Shown: positions 1 to 7,296 of the stretch, piece after piece
Layout: every line of letters begins with the position of its first letter
Position numbering within the stretch: the first letter of the stretch is position 1
Virus record (IMG/VR): IMGVR_UViG_3300037706_000003
Location: 1-35,210 of that record
DNA length: 35,210 bases
Strand: one strand, 5' to 3'
Origin: a virus
Lineage: Duplodnaviria; Caudoviricetes
Position numbers and translations under genes: made by a program
The notes under the pieces: model-generated
What the model was told of the DNA's origin: nothing
What the model saw: the letters and a program-made list of their open reading frames with translations, nothing else
Databases searched by the model: none

Positions 1-179
1 GTCGTCACTCCTCATCAGTGGTGATCGGTTCGGGGCGATGGCGATCACGGTGCCACCTCAGCGAGCCGCTTCATGTCCGCAAGCGCGGATTCGTTGCTCG
101 CGTAGAAGTCCGGAATCCGCTCTAGGTCAGGATCGCTGGCTATGTAAATCAAGGCGGCTGCCGCAGGCGTTCCGAGCGC
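1..179. repeat. Terminal overlap, left copy (identical to 35032-35210 except C128/T35159)
   Basis: Direct comparison of the two ends: 178/179 identical, indicating a circular assembly of 35,031 bp. Confidence 0.97.
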
Positions 180-490
180 GTATTCCAGCGCCTTGCCACC
201 CTCTCCAGCGATTGTCACAACCCAACCTGCGCGGCAATGCGTGGTGCCGCATTCGTGGTGCCAAGACCCCATTTCCAAGGCACCGGGCTGCGACGCAGCG
301 TCATAAACCGCTTGGTGGATGTTTTTGATCTTCACCGGGCAGCCGGCACCGCGAAGGTCGGCACCGCGAATACCGCAGACTTGACGGCGAACCCAAGTTT
401 CAGCCCGATTGACTTATCGGCAATCTCTGCGCTCAGTTCACATGCGTATTGGACATTTCCGGTCCAGCGGTTTTTTATCTCAAAATTCAT
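45..490 (-). pseudogene. Frameshifted pentapeptide-repeat protein gene with collapsed repeat tract
   Basis: ATG at 490 with AGGAG RBS reads MNFEIKNRWTGNVQYACELSAEIADKSIGLKLGFAVKSAV. The shifted frame continues RGADLRGAGCPVKIKNIHQ into ORF 45..335 (WHHECGTTHCRAGW). Span is 446 nt, not a multiple of 3. Confidence 0.7.
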
Positions 491-491
491 A

Positions 492-710
492 TCAAAGCTC
501 CTGCGGGTCGTGCCCGTGGTATTGCTGGTTTGGGGTGGATTCGCGGCGCTTGTCGGCGTCGGTTCGCGGGTCTTTTGGCTTCGCTAGGCCAGGGAACATG
601 TCGCTTACTAGCGGAACCCCGCCAAACACTTCGCGCGCAATGGCCTCTTCGCGCTCTTTCTCCGACATATGGGAAAGGCGGTTGTAGTGCTTCGCGGTCT
701 CGGGGCTCAC
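492..710 (-). CDS. Hypothetical early protein (72 aa)
   Basis: GTG start overlaps the stop of the upstream 52-aa ORF (GTGA); packs into the leftward operon. Confidence 0.6.
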   Translation of the reverse strand: MSPETAKHYNRLSHMSEKEREEAIAREVFGGVPLVSDMFPGLAKPKDPRTDADKRRESTPNQQYHGHDPQEL

Positions 711-865
711 GGCTCACCTCCCTGCACGCGGGCGAGGGCAGTGCGGATCCGGCGAAGTTTGTGCGGAGTTCCCGGAATGCTCGGCTCTGTCATTCCATCA
801 AAATCACACAATGCATCGATCAACTCGGCCAAGCGCTCAATCTTGCTGTGTGCCTGCTGTTCCAT
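707..865 (-). CDS. Hypothetical protein, 52 aa (MEQQAHSKIERLAELIDALCDFDGMTEPSIPGTPHKLRRIRTALARVQGGEP); first gene of leftward operon, not in the ORF track
   Basis: Manual translation; GGGAG RBS; C-terminal part nearly identical to that of 30620..30847. Confidence 0.7.
   Translation of the reverse strand: MEQQAHSKIERLAELIDALCDFDGMTEPSIPGTPHKLRRIRTALARVQGGEP
718..814. repeat. 97-bp perfect direct repeat, copy 1 (copy 2 at 30631-30727)
   Basis: CTCCCTGCACGCGGGCGAGGGCAGTGCGG...AAATCACACAATGC identical at both sites, then about 14 bp with three mismatches. Confidence 0.97.
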
Positions 866-967
866 CTCTGTCTCCCAGCCCCTGCGCGGATGCGCTTGTC
901 TTGGGGCGATGGAGAGACTTTACGCCATATTCTTCATGGTGGTAGCAACACCGATGGAACAGTGTAT

Positions 968-989
968 CCTATATTTGAGCAAATATAGG
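968..989. promoter_or_regulatory. Operator-like palindrome at the divergence point of the early operons
   Basis: CCTATATTTG-AG-CAAATATAGG, perfect 10-bp arms, between the leftward start (865) and rightward start (1018). Confidence 0.6.
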
Positions 990-1017
990 GCTTTGGGCTG
1001 TGCCACTATCTGTCCCC

Positions 1018-1239
1018 ATGAGTATCCGAATCCCACCGCGCTGGCAGGACATGTTCAGCGGCGACGCTATCATTAGTCGTATCCCCGCGCACAAGATGGA
1101 AAAGATCATCATTGCACTGGCCAAGGACGGCTATTCCTTCACTACTTCACCTGTTCCAGAGGGCTATATCGTGCAGTGCACCAAAAGCCCGCACGATGCG
1201 ATGCTGGACAGAGTCCGAAAGCATAAGGGGAGTGCGTGA
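1018..1239 (+). CDS. Hypothetical protein, first rightward gene (possibly leaderless)
   Basis: ORF MSIRIPPRWQ...; no clear SD; stop overlaps the next start. Confidence 0.55.
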   Translation: MSIRIPPRWQDMFSGDAIISRIPAHKMEKIIIALAKDGYSFTTSPVPEGYIVQCTKSPHDAMLDRVRKHKGSA

Positions 1240-1481
1240 TGGGAGTAATTACTGCGGCAGCCGCTTCTGCGGCGGCAGCGAAGCGGCAGCATGACGCAGA
1301 GAATGACGGCCACAACACGCCGACGCATCTATCGCACAAGAGTTGGATACAAGAGCAACATGCGCGGATGGCCCGGATCGCACTTGAGGAATCCAGAAGC
1401 AAGCGCAGCGCGGCCATAGGGACTTTCCTGCTGTTCTCCTTGGTGGTAGCTGCAGCTTACTGCCTATCAACCTTGGTGTAG
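1236..1481 (+). CDS. Hypothetical protein with C-terminal transmembrane segment
   Basis: GGGGAG RBS; hydrophobic tail AAIGTFLLFSLVVAAAYCLSTLV. Confidence 0.6.
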   Translation: MMGVITAAAASAAAAKRQHDAENDGHNTPTHLSHKSWIQEQHARMARIALEESRSKRSAAIGTFLLFSLVVAAAYCLSTLV

Positions 1482-1509
1482 ATCAGCGTATCCCACACAG
1501 AGGATTCAC

Positions 1510-1875
1510 ATGATGGACAAAAATCCAGAAGTCATCATCAAAGAGTTCGACGAGAACGAGCGCGGAGAGCCGGACGTGATCTGGTTGCAAGCACACGGCG
1601 ATGCTGATCCTGCCGACTACCCGGACCAACCTGTTGACGTAACCCGTGACGAGGTGACGTGGTGTTGGGAGCCGATCCACGAGCACGACGTGAAGTACAT
1701 CAGGGCTGACATTGCCGCGCCTGTTGTTGATGATGCGATGGTGAAGCGCGTGCTCAATTCGCTTTGGCCATACGAAAAATGGGAGCGTGAGAACTGGCGA
1801 GAACATGTGCGATCCGCCCTCACGGAAGCTCTCACGGGTCCGAAAGTGGTGCGGCATGACCGGCAAGCCTGCTAA
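1510..1875 (+). CDS. Hypothetical modular early protein (Eaa/ea-region-like)
   Basis: AGAGGA RBS; motifs EVTWCWEPIHEHDVKYIRAD and APVVDDAMV, the latter shared with 29457..30623. Confidence 0.7.
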   Translation: MMDKNPEVIIKEFDENERGEPDVIWLQAHGDADPADYPDQPVDVTRDEVTWCWEPIHEHDVKYIRADIAAPVVDDAMVKRVLNSLWPYEKWERENWREHVRSALTEALTGPKVVRHDRQAC

Positions 1876-2176
1876 CGCGAAGCTGCCGGAGCTACCTATC
1901 TGGTCGGACTTTTGGCAGGCGCAAGGGCATAAAGCCACGTCGAATGATTTTCGTGCGTTCGAACTTGCCAATGCTTGGTGTAGCCACTGCATTACCGAAC
2001 GCGACGCCGAGATTGCGAGGCTGCGAAAGGATGCGGAACGGTATCGGTATGTCCGAGAATATGGCGAGGAGTTCATCACGGCTGACAGAGGTGTGGGGCC
2101 GATATACATGTATCAGGACCAGCTAGATGCTGCCATCGACGCCGCAATGGAGTCGAGCCATGAGCAGATTGCTTAG
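1856..2176 (+). CDS. Ead/Ea22-like modular early protein
   Basis: Motifs EIARLRKDAERYRY and LDAAIDAAM typical of lambdoid ea-region proteins. Confidence 0.6.
   Translation: MTGKPANAKLPELPIWSDFWQAQGHKATSNDFRAFELANAWCSHCITERDAEIARLRKDAERYRYVREYGEEFITADRGVGPIYMYQDQLDAAIDAAMESSHEQIA
2135..2163. repeat. 29-bp gene-junction repeat; inverted copy at 29461-29489
   Basis: ATCGACGCCGCAATGGAGTCGAGCCATGA is the exact reverse complement of 29461-29489; includes GGAG RBS and ATGA. Confidence 0.9.
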
Positions 2177-2390
2177 CCTCCCCGCGCAACTAGATTTTGA
2201 CGAACTAATGATGCATCGCGTCATGAAAATTCACGGCATGAGCGAGGTTGAAGCGAATGCCTTTATCCAACTGTACGGAGAACGCTATGAGCGACAACTG
2301 GGAGTCCAGAGCCTACATGTCAGCGCGGAAGGTGATCCGAAAGACACGAGGTTACTTCCTGGCGGAGACGATCCTGCCAGCGGTAATTGA
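2160..2390 (+). CDS. Hypothetical protein
   Basis: ATG after GGAG RBS within the junction repeat; overlaps the next ORF by about 100 nt. Confidence 0.4.
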   Translation: MSRLLSLPAQLDFDELMMHRVMKIHGMSEVEANAFIQLYGERYERQLGVQSLHVSAEGDPKDTRLLPGGDDPASGN

Positions 2391-2571
2391 CATGGCTGGC
2401 GAGCCGAAGGACAGGCGGAGCTTCGGCACTGTGATGACTTGGCTTCGGGCAAATGGCTACATCAAGCCAGCGGGCTACAGCGCGGCGAGGACCAGCCACA
2501 ACTCACCAAAGCGAAGGTGGGTAAAGGCACCCACTAGACGAGTGTTGACCAAAGAAAGGGGATTGAAATGA
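2287..2571 (+). CDS. Hypothetical phage protein, possible winged-helix DNA-binding
   Basis: GGAG RBS; EPKDRRSFGTVMTWLRANGYI...SHNSPKRRW pattern. Confidence 0.6.
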   Translation: MSDNWESRAYMSARKVIRKTRGYFLAETILPAVIDMAGEPKDRRSFGTVMTWLRANGYIKPAGYSAARTSHNSPKRRWVKAPTRRVLTKERGLK

Positions 2572-3035
2572 CGATCACACGATTTATGGATATGCACAGC
2601 GGTGGCGGTCAGAAAGAGGATTGGGCCTACATTTACATCGAGGCTCCTGAGTACGAGGCTCGGCGCATCTTCTACGGGCGCTTCGGCCACAACCCTGAAC
2701 GGGTGACCTGCACATGCTGCGGAGATGACTATTCGATCATGGAGGAAGAAAGCTTGCAGAAAGCGACGGCTTACGAACGCGGGTGCGGGTACGTTTTTCG
2801 CCGCCCTGATGGGACGGAATGCGATCAATCCGAGGGACGGATCGTAGGCAAGGGGATGAAACCAGGATACACGTCTGGCTATGAAGAGCGGCCTTCTGGA
2901 GAATCGTGGAGGCACTACCAGACGTTGGATGAATATATCGAAAGCGACAGCGTGCTTTTCATTGCAGCCGATGAGATCAAGCCGGAATGGCGGGTTAGCG
3001 ACGTGCCCGAGCAGGGCTATGTGTGGGCTGGTTAG
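2568..3035 (+). CDS. Hypothetical phage protein with CxCCG motif
   Basis: FMDMHSGGGQK...IYIEA...TCTCCGDDYS; ATGA overlap with the upstream gene. Confidence 0.75.
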   Translation: MTITRFMDMHSGGGQKEDWAYIYIEAPEYEARRIFYGRFGHNPERVTCTCCGDDYSIMEEESLQKATAYERGCGYVFRRPDGTECDQSEGRIVGKGMKPGYTSGYEERPSGESWRHYQTLDEYIESDSVLFIAADEIKPEWRVSDVPEQGYVWAG

Positions 3036-3038
3036 GCC

Positions 3039-3236
3039 ATGACCCTTGACCAAGAAGCCCCACCGCCCCCAGACGACCTGATCCAGCACGGCCGTGATGA
3101 CGCCCTGGGCCGGTTACACGAGGCTGCCCAGCACGAGGCAGGGCTCGGCGATGGTCGCGCGCTGCGGTCGTTACAGCGACTTGTGGACGCCTGCGGGCTG
3201 CGGGGTCGGGTGCCGTCTCGGGATGACGGGGATTGA
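3039..3236 (+). CDS. Hypothetical protein
   Basis: ORF packed directly after the previous stop. Confidence 0.4.
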   Translation: MTLDQEAPPPPDDLIQHGRDDALGRLHEAAQHEAGLGDGRALRSLQRLVDACGLRGRVPSRDDGD

Positions 3237-3260
3237 CATGGATTGTCACGCGCATAAAAT
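3233..3260 (+). promoter_or_regulatory. Sigma70-like promoter for the HNH/replication operon
   Basis: TTGACA (3233-3238), 16-bp spacer, TAAAAT (3255-3260). Confidence 0.65.
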
Positions 3261-3267
3261 TGGAACC

Positions 3268-3415
3268 GTTGGGCATGCCCAACCGGCCTGTAGCGGGTCG
3301 AGATTGTTCGAAGGTGGTGAGTCCCTACCGTGGTGGCTGTCTGTGACCCTTACACTAGGTCGCCAGACCGCTACCTTCGGGGCCGCTACCCACAGCAGCC
3401 ACCACAGTAGGGATT
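3268..3415 (+). ncRNA. Structured leader resembling C4/CI antisense-RNA architecture
   Basis: Palindrome 3268-3283; long stem 3322-3339/3396-3413; internal hairpin 3340-3367; CCGCTAC twice (3368, 3383) complementary to GTAGCGG at 3290; CTACCTTCG (3371) complementary to CGAAGGTGG (3309). Confidence 0.55.
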
Positions 3416-3419
3416 TGCC

Positions 3420-3959
3420 ATGACCAGAAAGGCCATCAGCAAGAAGCGGCGCTTTGAGGTGTTCAAGCGCGACAGATTTACTTGCCAATACTGCGGCGCA
3501 CATCCCCCCGCAGTCATTCTCCACGTTGACCATATTCACCCCGTCGCGCTTGGCGGGTCTTCAGACATGGGCAACTTAATCACTTCGTGCCAGCCATGTA
3601 ATTCTGGCAAGAGCGCTACCCCATTGACCTCAATTCCGGCCAGCTTGGCAGAGCAAGCCAAAGCTGTGGCGGAGCGTGAGGAGCAGATTTCTGGCTATCG
3701 CAAGGTAATGGAGGCATCCAAGGAGCGCAGGGAAGCCGAAGCATGGGAGGTGGTCGATATCTTCATTGACCATTTCCGGAAGGATGATTTCAGGAAAGAC
3801 TGGTTTGCCAGCGTTGAGCGCTTCGTGGAGTCGATAGGCGTTGTGGCAGTCATTGACGCGATGGAGATTTCCGTTTGCAGGTTCCCCGGCTCTGAGGGCC
3901 GAAGCTTCCGATATTTCTGCGGCATATGTTGGAACCTTGCGAAGGAGAAAGCGGCATGA
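3420..3959 (+). CDS. HNH endonuclease domain protein
   Basis: VFKRDRFTCQYCG...LHVDHIHPVALGGSSDMGNLITSCQPCNSGK. Confidence 0.92.
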   Translation: MTRKAISKKRRFEVFKRDRFTCQYCGAHPPAVILHVDHIHPVALGGSSDMGNLITSCQPCNSGKSATPLTSIPASLAEQAKAVAEREEQISGYRKVMEASKERREAEAWEVVDIFIDHFRKDDFRKDWFASVERFVESIGVVAVIDAMEISVCRFPGSEGRSFRYFCGICWNLAKEKAA

Positions 3960-4750
3960 GTCGGTCTAGGAACATCAAGCCCGGCTTCTTCAGGAATGAA
4001 GTTCTGGTCACGCTTCCATTTGAGTACAGGTTGCTATTCATCGGTCTGTGGACGATGGCTGACAAGGCCGGTCGCATGGAGGATCGACCCATGAAGATAC
4101 GCATGGAACTGTTCCCGGCAGACTCCGTAGACGTGGACAAGGGTCTTTCTATGCTGCATAGCGCTGGCTTTATTCGCAGGTATGTTTCCGAAAAAGTACG
4201 CTACATTCAAATACTTACATGGTCGAAGCACCAGAACCCACACATCAAAGAAGCGGCTAGCACCATACCAGCACCATGCGAGCATGGTTCAGAACCACTA
4301 CCGAACCCGGAATTTACGGAACGAGCCGGGCTGATTCCTGATTCCCTTAACCTGATTCCTGATTCCCTCAAAAAGGCCACCGTCCAGCAAGCTGGACCGT
4401 GTGACGGGTTCGATGCGTTCTGGGCCTTGTACCCACGCAAGCAAGCCAAGGCGAAAGCAAAAGCGTCATGGAAGCGGATTAAGCCCGAACAGCGCGATGC
4501 CCTGATGGCGGCGCTACCGATCCAGATTGAGCAGGACGACGGATGGAGGAGGGGGTTCATCCCGCTACCTGCTACGTACCTGAATGGAGAACGCTGGACG
4601 GACGCCATCACCAAGCCCACTACTACCGGAACCTACAATGGAACATATCAAAAACTCTCTGCCGTCGAACGGGTCGAGGCCAACATCGACCGTGCCCGAC
4701 GTGAGCGGGGAGAACCAATCGAAGGGACGGCTCGCCGTATCACAAGTTGA
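3956..4750 (+). CDS. Phage replication initiator (O-like)
   Basis: MSRSRNIKPGFFRNE...LFIGLWTMADKAGR N-domain; FDAFWALYPRK...PATYLNGERW C-domain; internal direct repeats. Confidence 0.85.
   Translation: MSRSRNIKPGFFRNEVLVTLPFEYRLLFIGLWTMADKAGRMEDRPMKIRMELFPADSVDVDKGLSMLHSAGFIRRYVSEKVRYIQILTWSKHQNPHIKEAASTIPAPCEHGSEPLPNPEFTERAGLIPDSLNLIPDSLKKATVQQAGPCDGFDAFWALYPRKQAKAKAKASWKRIKPEQRDALMAALPIQIEQDDGWRRGFIPLPATYLNGERWTDAITKPTTTGTYNGTYQKLSAVERVEANIDRARRERGEPIEGTARRITS
4259..4368. repeat. Iteron-like repeats, putative replication origin
   Basis: AGCACCAT twice near 4259-4277; CTGATTCCTGATTCCCT at 4331-4347 and 4352-4368, in the initiator linker as with lambdoid origins. Confidence 0.55.
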
Positions 4751-5291
4751 AACCCTATGGGGGCGCATGGCGGCGATCTACGGCCATCGCTGGACGAGCG
4801 CCTATGGCGACGACCCGAAAGGCATGAGCGGCGATACATGGGGGGCTGGCCTTCACGGCATGACAGGCGTACAACTGGCCCGAGGATTGGAGGCATGCGT
4901 TGCGTCCAGCGATCCATGGCCTCCCACGCTCCCCGAGTTTCGGGCCATGTGCCTAGGCATCCCGAGCTTCCCGGCGGTGAGCATGGATGCCGCGAAGGTC
5001 CAGCCGTTTACGTGTCTGGTCTGGTCGCACTTGGACGGGCACCTGTCTCGCATGGCATCGGCCGACAAGGCGTCCAAGATGCTGCGTGATGCCTACGAGA
5101 TAGCCAGAGAGCATGTGATGCGCGGTGGCGAGTTGCCGGATCCGTCTGCCGGAGAGATTGAGGCGGACAAGCCGACGAAACCCGTGATCCCGGAAACACG
5201 CGAGGAGCGACAGGCACGGATCGAGAAAGCGCAGCGTGAACTGTCGGGCCGCGACCTAGCTGCTGGGGAGGGTGTGTGCGAAGCCTACTGA
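4638..5291 (+). CDS. Replication protein P-like helicase loader (start uncertain)
   Basis: LWGRMAAIYGHRW...WPPTLPEFRAMC motif; follows the initiator gene. Confidence 0.7.
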   Translation: MEHIKNSLPSNGSRPTSTVPDVSGENQSKGRLAVSQVETLWGRMAAIYGHRWTSAYGDDPKGMSGDTWGAGLHGMTGVQLARGLEACVASSDPWPPTLPEFRAMCLGIPSFPAVSMDAAKVQPFTCLVWSHLDGHLSRMASADKASKMLRDAYEIAREHVMRGGELPDPSAGEIEADKPTKPVIPETREERQARIEKAQRELSGRDLAAGEGVCEAY

Positions 5292-5325
5292 CAGCCGAGG
5301 CAACCGAACGTTACAGGAGAGCAGA

Positions 5326-5679
5326 ATGATTATCTTGATGGTGTGTGCGGTGTTTCTTATGGTTGGTTTAGCGCTGATTTTTTGGGGCGGTTTGGATTGG
5401 GAGGTTCACGGCATGATTGCAAATTTAGTGGGAGGGGTTGGGCTTGCATTTTGCGTGACAACAATACCACTGGAGCGAATGGGCTGGAAATCAACGTTCC
5501 TTGAGATTGAGGCCATCCGCGAAACCCGAGGAACCGATACCGCAGGGATTGAAGACGCGGCTTGGCGCATGAAGGCCGCCGAGGTCAACGCCAAGCTGGC
5601 ATCGGGTCGCTACTACAATTCCACGATGTTTGATCTCTGGATTCCCGACCAGGTAGACGACGTGGAACCGCTCAAGTGA
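5326..5679 (+). CDS. Membrane protein with two predicted TM segments
   Basis: AGGAG RBS; two hydrophobic stretches at the N-terminus. Confidence 0.65.
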   Translation: MIILMVCAVFLMVGLALIFWGGLDWEVHGMIANLVGGVGLAFCVTTIPLERMGWKSTFLEIEAIRETRGTDTAGIEDAAWRMKAAEVNAKLASGRYYNSTMFDLWIPDQVDDVEPLK

Positions 5680-6086
5680 GCCAGCCAGCTACTAACGTAA
5701 GCGCCGAGCGCGCAGATTGGAAAGAAAGCGGGCAAGCTCCAATGAGCAGGAAGCAGCAGAAGCTGCTGAACGCCGCCTGCGGCGATCTGTCTGAAATGGT
5801 GCGCTGGCATGGCGTGGTCCTGAGCAAGGACGACTGGCGGCACTGTATCGCTGCCACGATTCTTGGGGACCGGCTGATTCCTGGGGTCAATACTGGCGAG
5901 GGTCAGCCGGGCCTGATCCGTTTGCCGAGGTCAAGTCTTGAGTTCACGAAGTCACAAGCAACCGAGGCGATCAGAATGGCGTTCGACATAGGCGATTATC
6001 CGGGCGATCAGGGGCTAGATATCCATCCGATTCGTTGGGGACCTACAGTCTGCCTTGCGCGGTTCGTGACGGATGAGCCACTGTGA
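5676..6086 (+). CDS. ninB: NinB-family recombination protein
   Basis: SRKQQKLLNAACGDLSEMVRWHGVVLSKDDWR...RSSLEFTK; nin-region position. Confidence 0.7.
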   Translation: MSQPATNVSAERADWKESGQAPMSRKQQKLLNAACGDLSEMVRWHGVVLSKDDWRHCIAATILGDRLIPGVNTGEGQPGLIRLPRSSLEFTKSQATEAIRMAFDIGDYPGDQGLDIHPIRWGPTVCLARFVTDEPL

Positions 6087-6415
6087 GCCTGATATCCAAA
6101 AAGCTAAGGCAGTCCGCCGGTCATCATGACGCCCATTGCATGCTGAACATCGCTGGGGTTTGTGGCGACGCAACAACAGACAAGACAGCGGGGAATATGT
6201 TGTGCCACATTCGGATCGCCGGGCTAGTCGGTGGTGGGCAGAAGCCGGACGACACCTGTGCGGCATTCGGATGTGGGCCATGCCATGCCGCATTCGATGG
6301 GAATGGATGCAAGCCAATGCCGGAAACCGAATGGCTTTACTACGCGCTCAGGGGCATGGCTAGAACCATGTCATGGTGGGTGCATCACGGATTCATCACG
6401 GTCAAGGGGAAATGA
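6083..6415 (+). CDS. DUF1364/YbcO-like nuclease-domain protein
   Basis: SKKLRQSA..CMLNIAGVC...LCH...KPDDTCAAFGCGPCHAAFDG. Confidence 0.8.
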   Translation: MSLISKKLRQSAGHHDAHCMLNIAGVCGDATTDKTAGNMLCHIRIAGLVGGGQKPDDTCAAFGCGPCHAAFDGNGCKPMPETEWLYYALRGMARTMSWWVHHGFITVKGK

Positions 6416-6416
6416 A

Positions 6417-6587
6417 ATGAGCGAGCGCCAGTGGAAACAGGCCCGAGACGCGGGAGCGTCGGCGAGGCGGGCGGGTAAGCCGCGTGAGAAATGCCCGATG
6501 TACGGAATGGGTGAGGGCGGACGGACGCTGCGGGAGGCCTGGCATCTAGGTTGGGACCATGAGGATGCGCGGAGGAAAGTGGCATGA
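6417..6587 (+). CDS. Rmf/CrpP-fold small protein (56 aa)
   Basis: ARDAGASARRAGKPREKCPM...AWHLGW resembles the RMF G..CP..W..GW pattern. Confidence 0.6.
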   Translation: MSERQWKQARDAGASARRAGKPREKCPMYGMGEGGRTLREAWHLGWDHEDARRKVA

Positions 6588-6826
6588 AGGTTCAGTGTGT
6601 TGATATGGATGGCAGGCCGATACTTCCTATGGAATCGATAATTTGTGATGAGGTCATCAGAGTATCAAGAGACGGCCAGCACTTCGCATATGCGGACATT
6701 GCGAGGCTGCGATTGAAACAGATCATCCGAAGGGACCGAGAATCAATCCAGACTGGACGTTGGGTCAAGCAAGGATCGATCCCATTTTGGTTTCGCCCTC
6801 GCTACCGATTTGAGGTTCGCCGATGA
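6584..6826 (+). CDS. Hypothetical protein
   Basis: GGAGG RBS; ATGA overlaps on both sides. Confidence 0.65.
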   Translation: MKVQCVDMDGRPILPMESIICDEVIRVSRDGQHFAYADIARLRLKQIIRRDRESIQTGRWVKQGSIPFWFRPRYRFEVRR

Positions 6827-7011
6827 CTGCCAAGAGTCGTAAATGTGAGTCCTGCGGGCGAGGAATCCAGAGCGGAAGTCGCCGGTCGCAGTGCCGAGCG
6901 TGCACCGAAAATCAGGCGACTGCAGCGCAAACCCGAGAGGCTAGGAGACTGAATCATGTAGCTGCGCTGTGGTTCGGCCCGGTGAGTCGGCCACTGGGGG
7001 TTAGGCTATGA
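6823..7011 (+). CDS. Small Zn-ribbon protein
   Basis: CESC...CRAC; coupled starts and stops. Confidence 0.6.
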   Translation: MTAKSRKCESCGRGIQSGSRRSQCRACTENQATAAQTREARRLNHVAALWFGPVSRPLGVRL

Positions 7012-7211
7012 ACATCAAGAAGAAGGTGAGCATTAGAGGCCGGATATTCCATGCAGAGGCATGGTCCAGTCGAGAACCGCCGTTCTGCTGGGCAAGATTC
7101 GACCTGTCCATATACAGCGCCTATGGAGGGAGGCTGTCAATTGGAATGGGTGCCGCTCTTCTAGGTGCGGGAATTCGGATGTCAACTTATTGGAGGGGCC
7201 ATGAGAAATGA
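7008..7211 (+). CDS. Hypothetical protein
   Basis: ATGA overlap; fills the operon. Confidence 0.5.
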   Translation: MNIKKKVSIRGRIFHAEAWSSREPPFCWARFDLSIYSAYGGRLSIGMGAALLGAGIRMSTYWRGHEK

Positions 7212-7296
7212 AATTGTGCTTCCATGGCCCGACAAGGCGTTATCACCAAATGCCCGTGGGCATTGTGGCAGTATGAAGGAAAGGATGGTTCCGTGA
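7201..7296 (+). pseudogene. N-terminal remnant of a RusA-like resolvase
   Basis: GGAGG RBS; MRNEIVLPWPDKALSPNARGH then early stop; LPWP..LSPNAR.H resembles the start of phage RusA-like proteins. Confidence 0.65.

Noticed and set aside
1-179. Biological direct terminal repeat
   Set aside because: It cuts through a gene, and P22-like phages generally package by headful; an assembly overlap of a circular sequence is more likely
4259-4368. CRISPR-like or mobile repeat
   Set aside because: Only two copies of each unit, no spacers, inside the initiator gene; better explained as origin iterons
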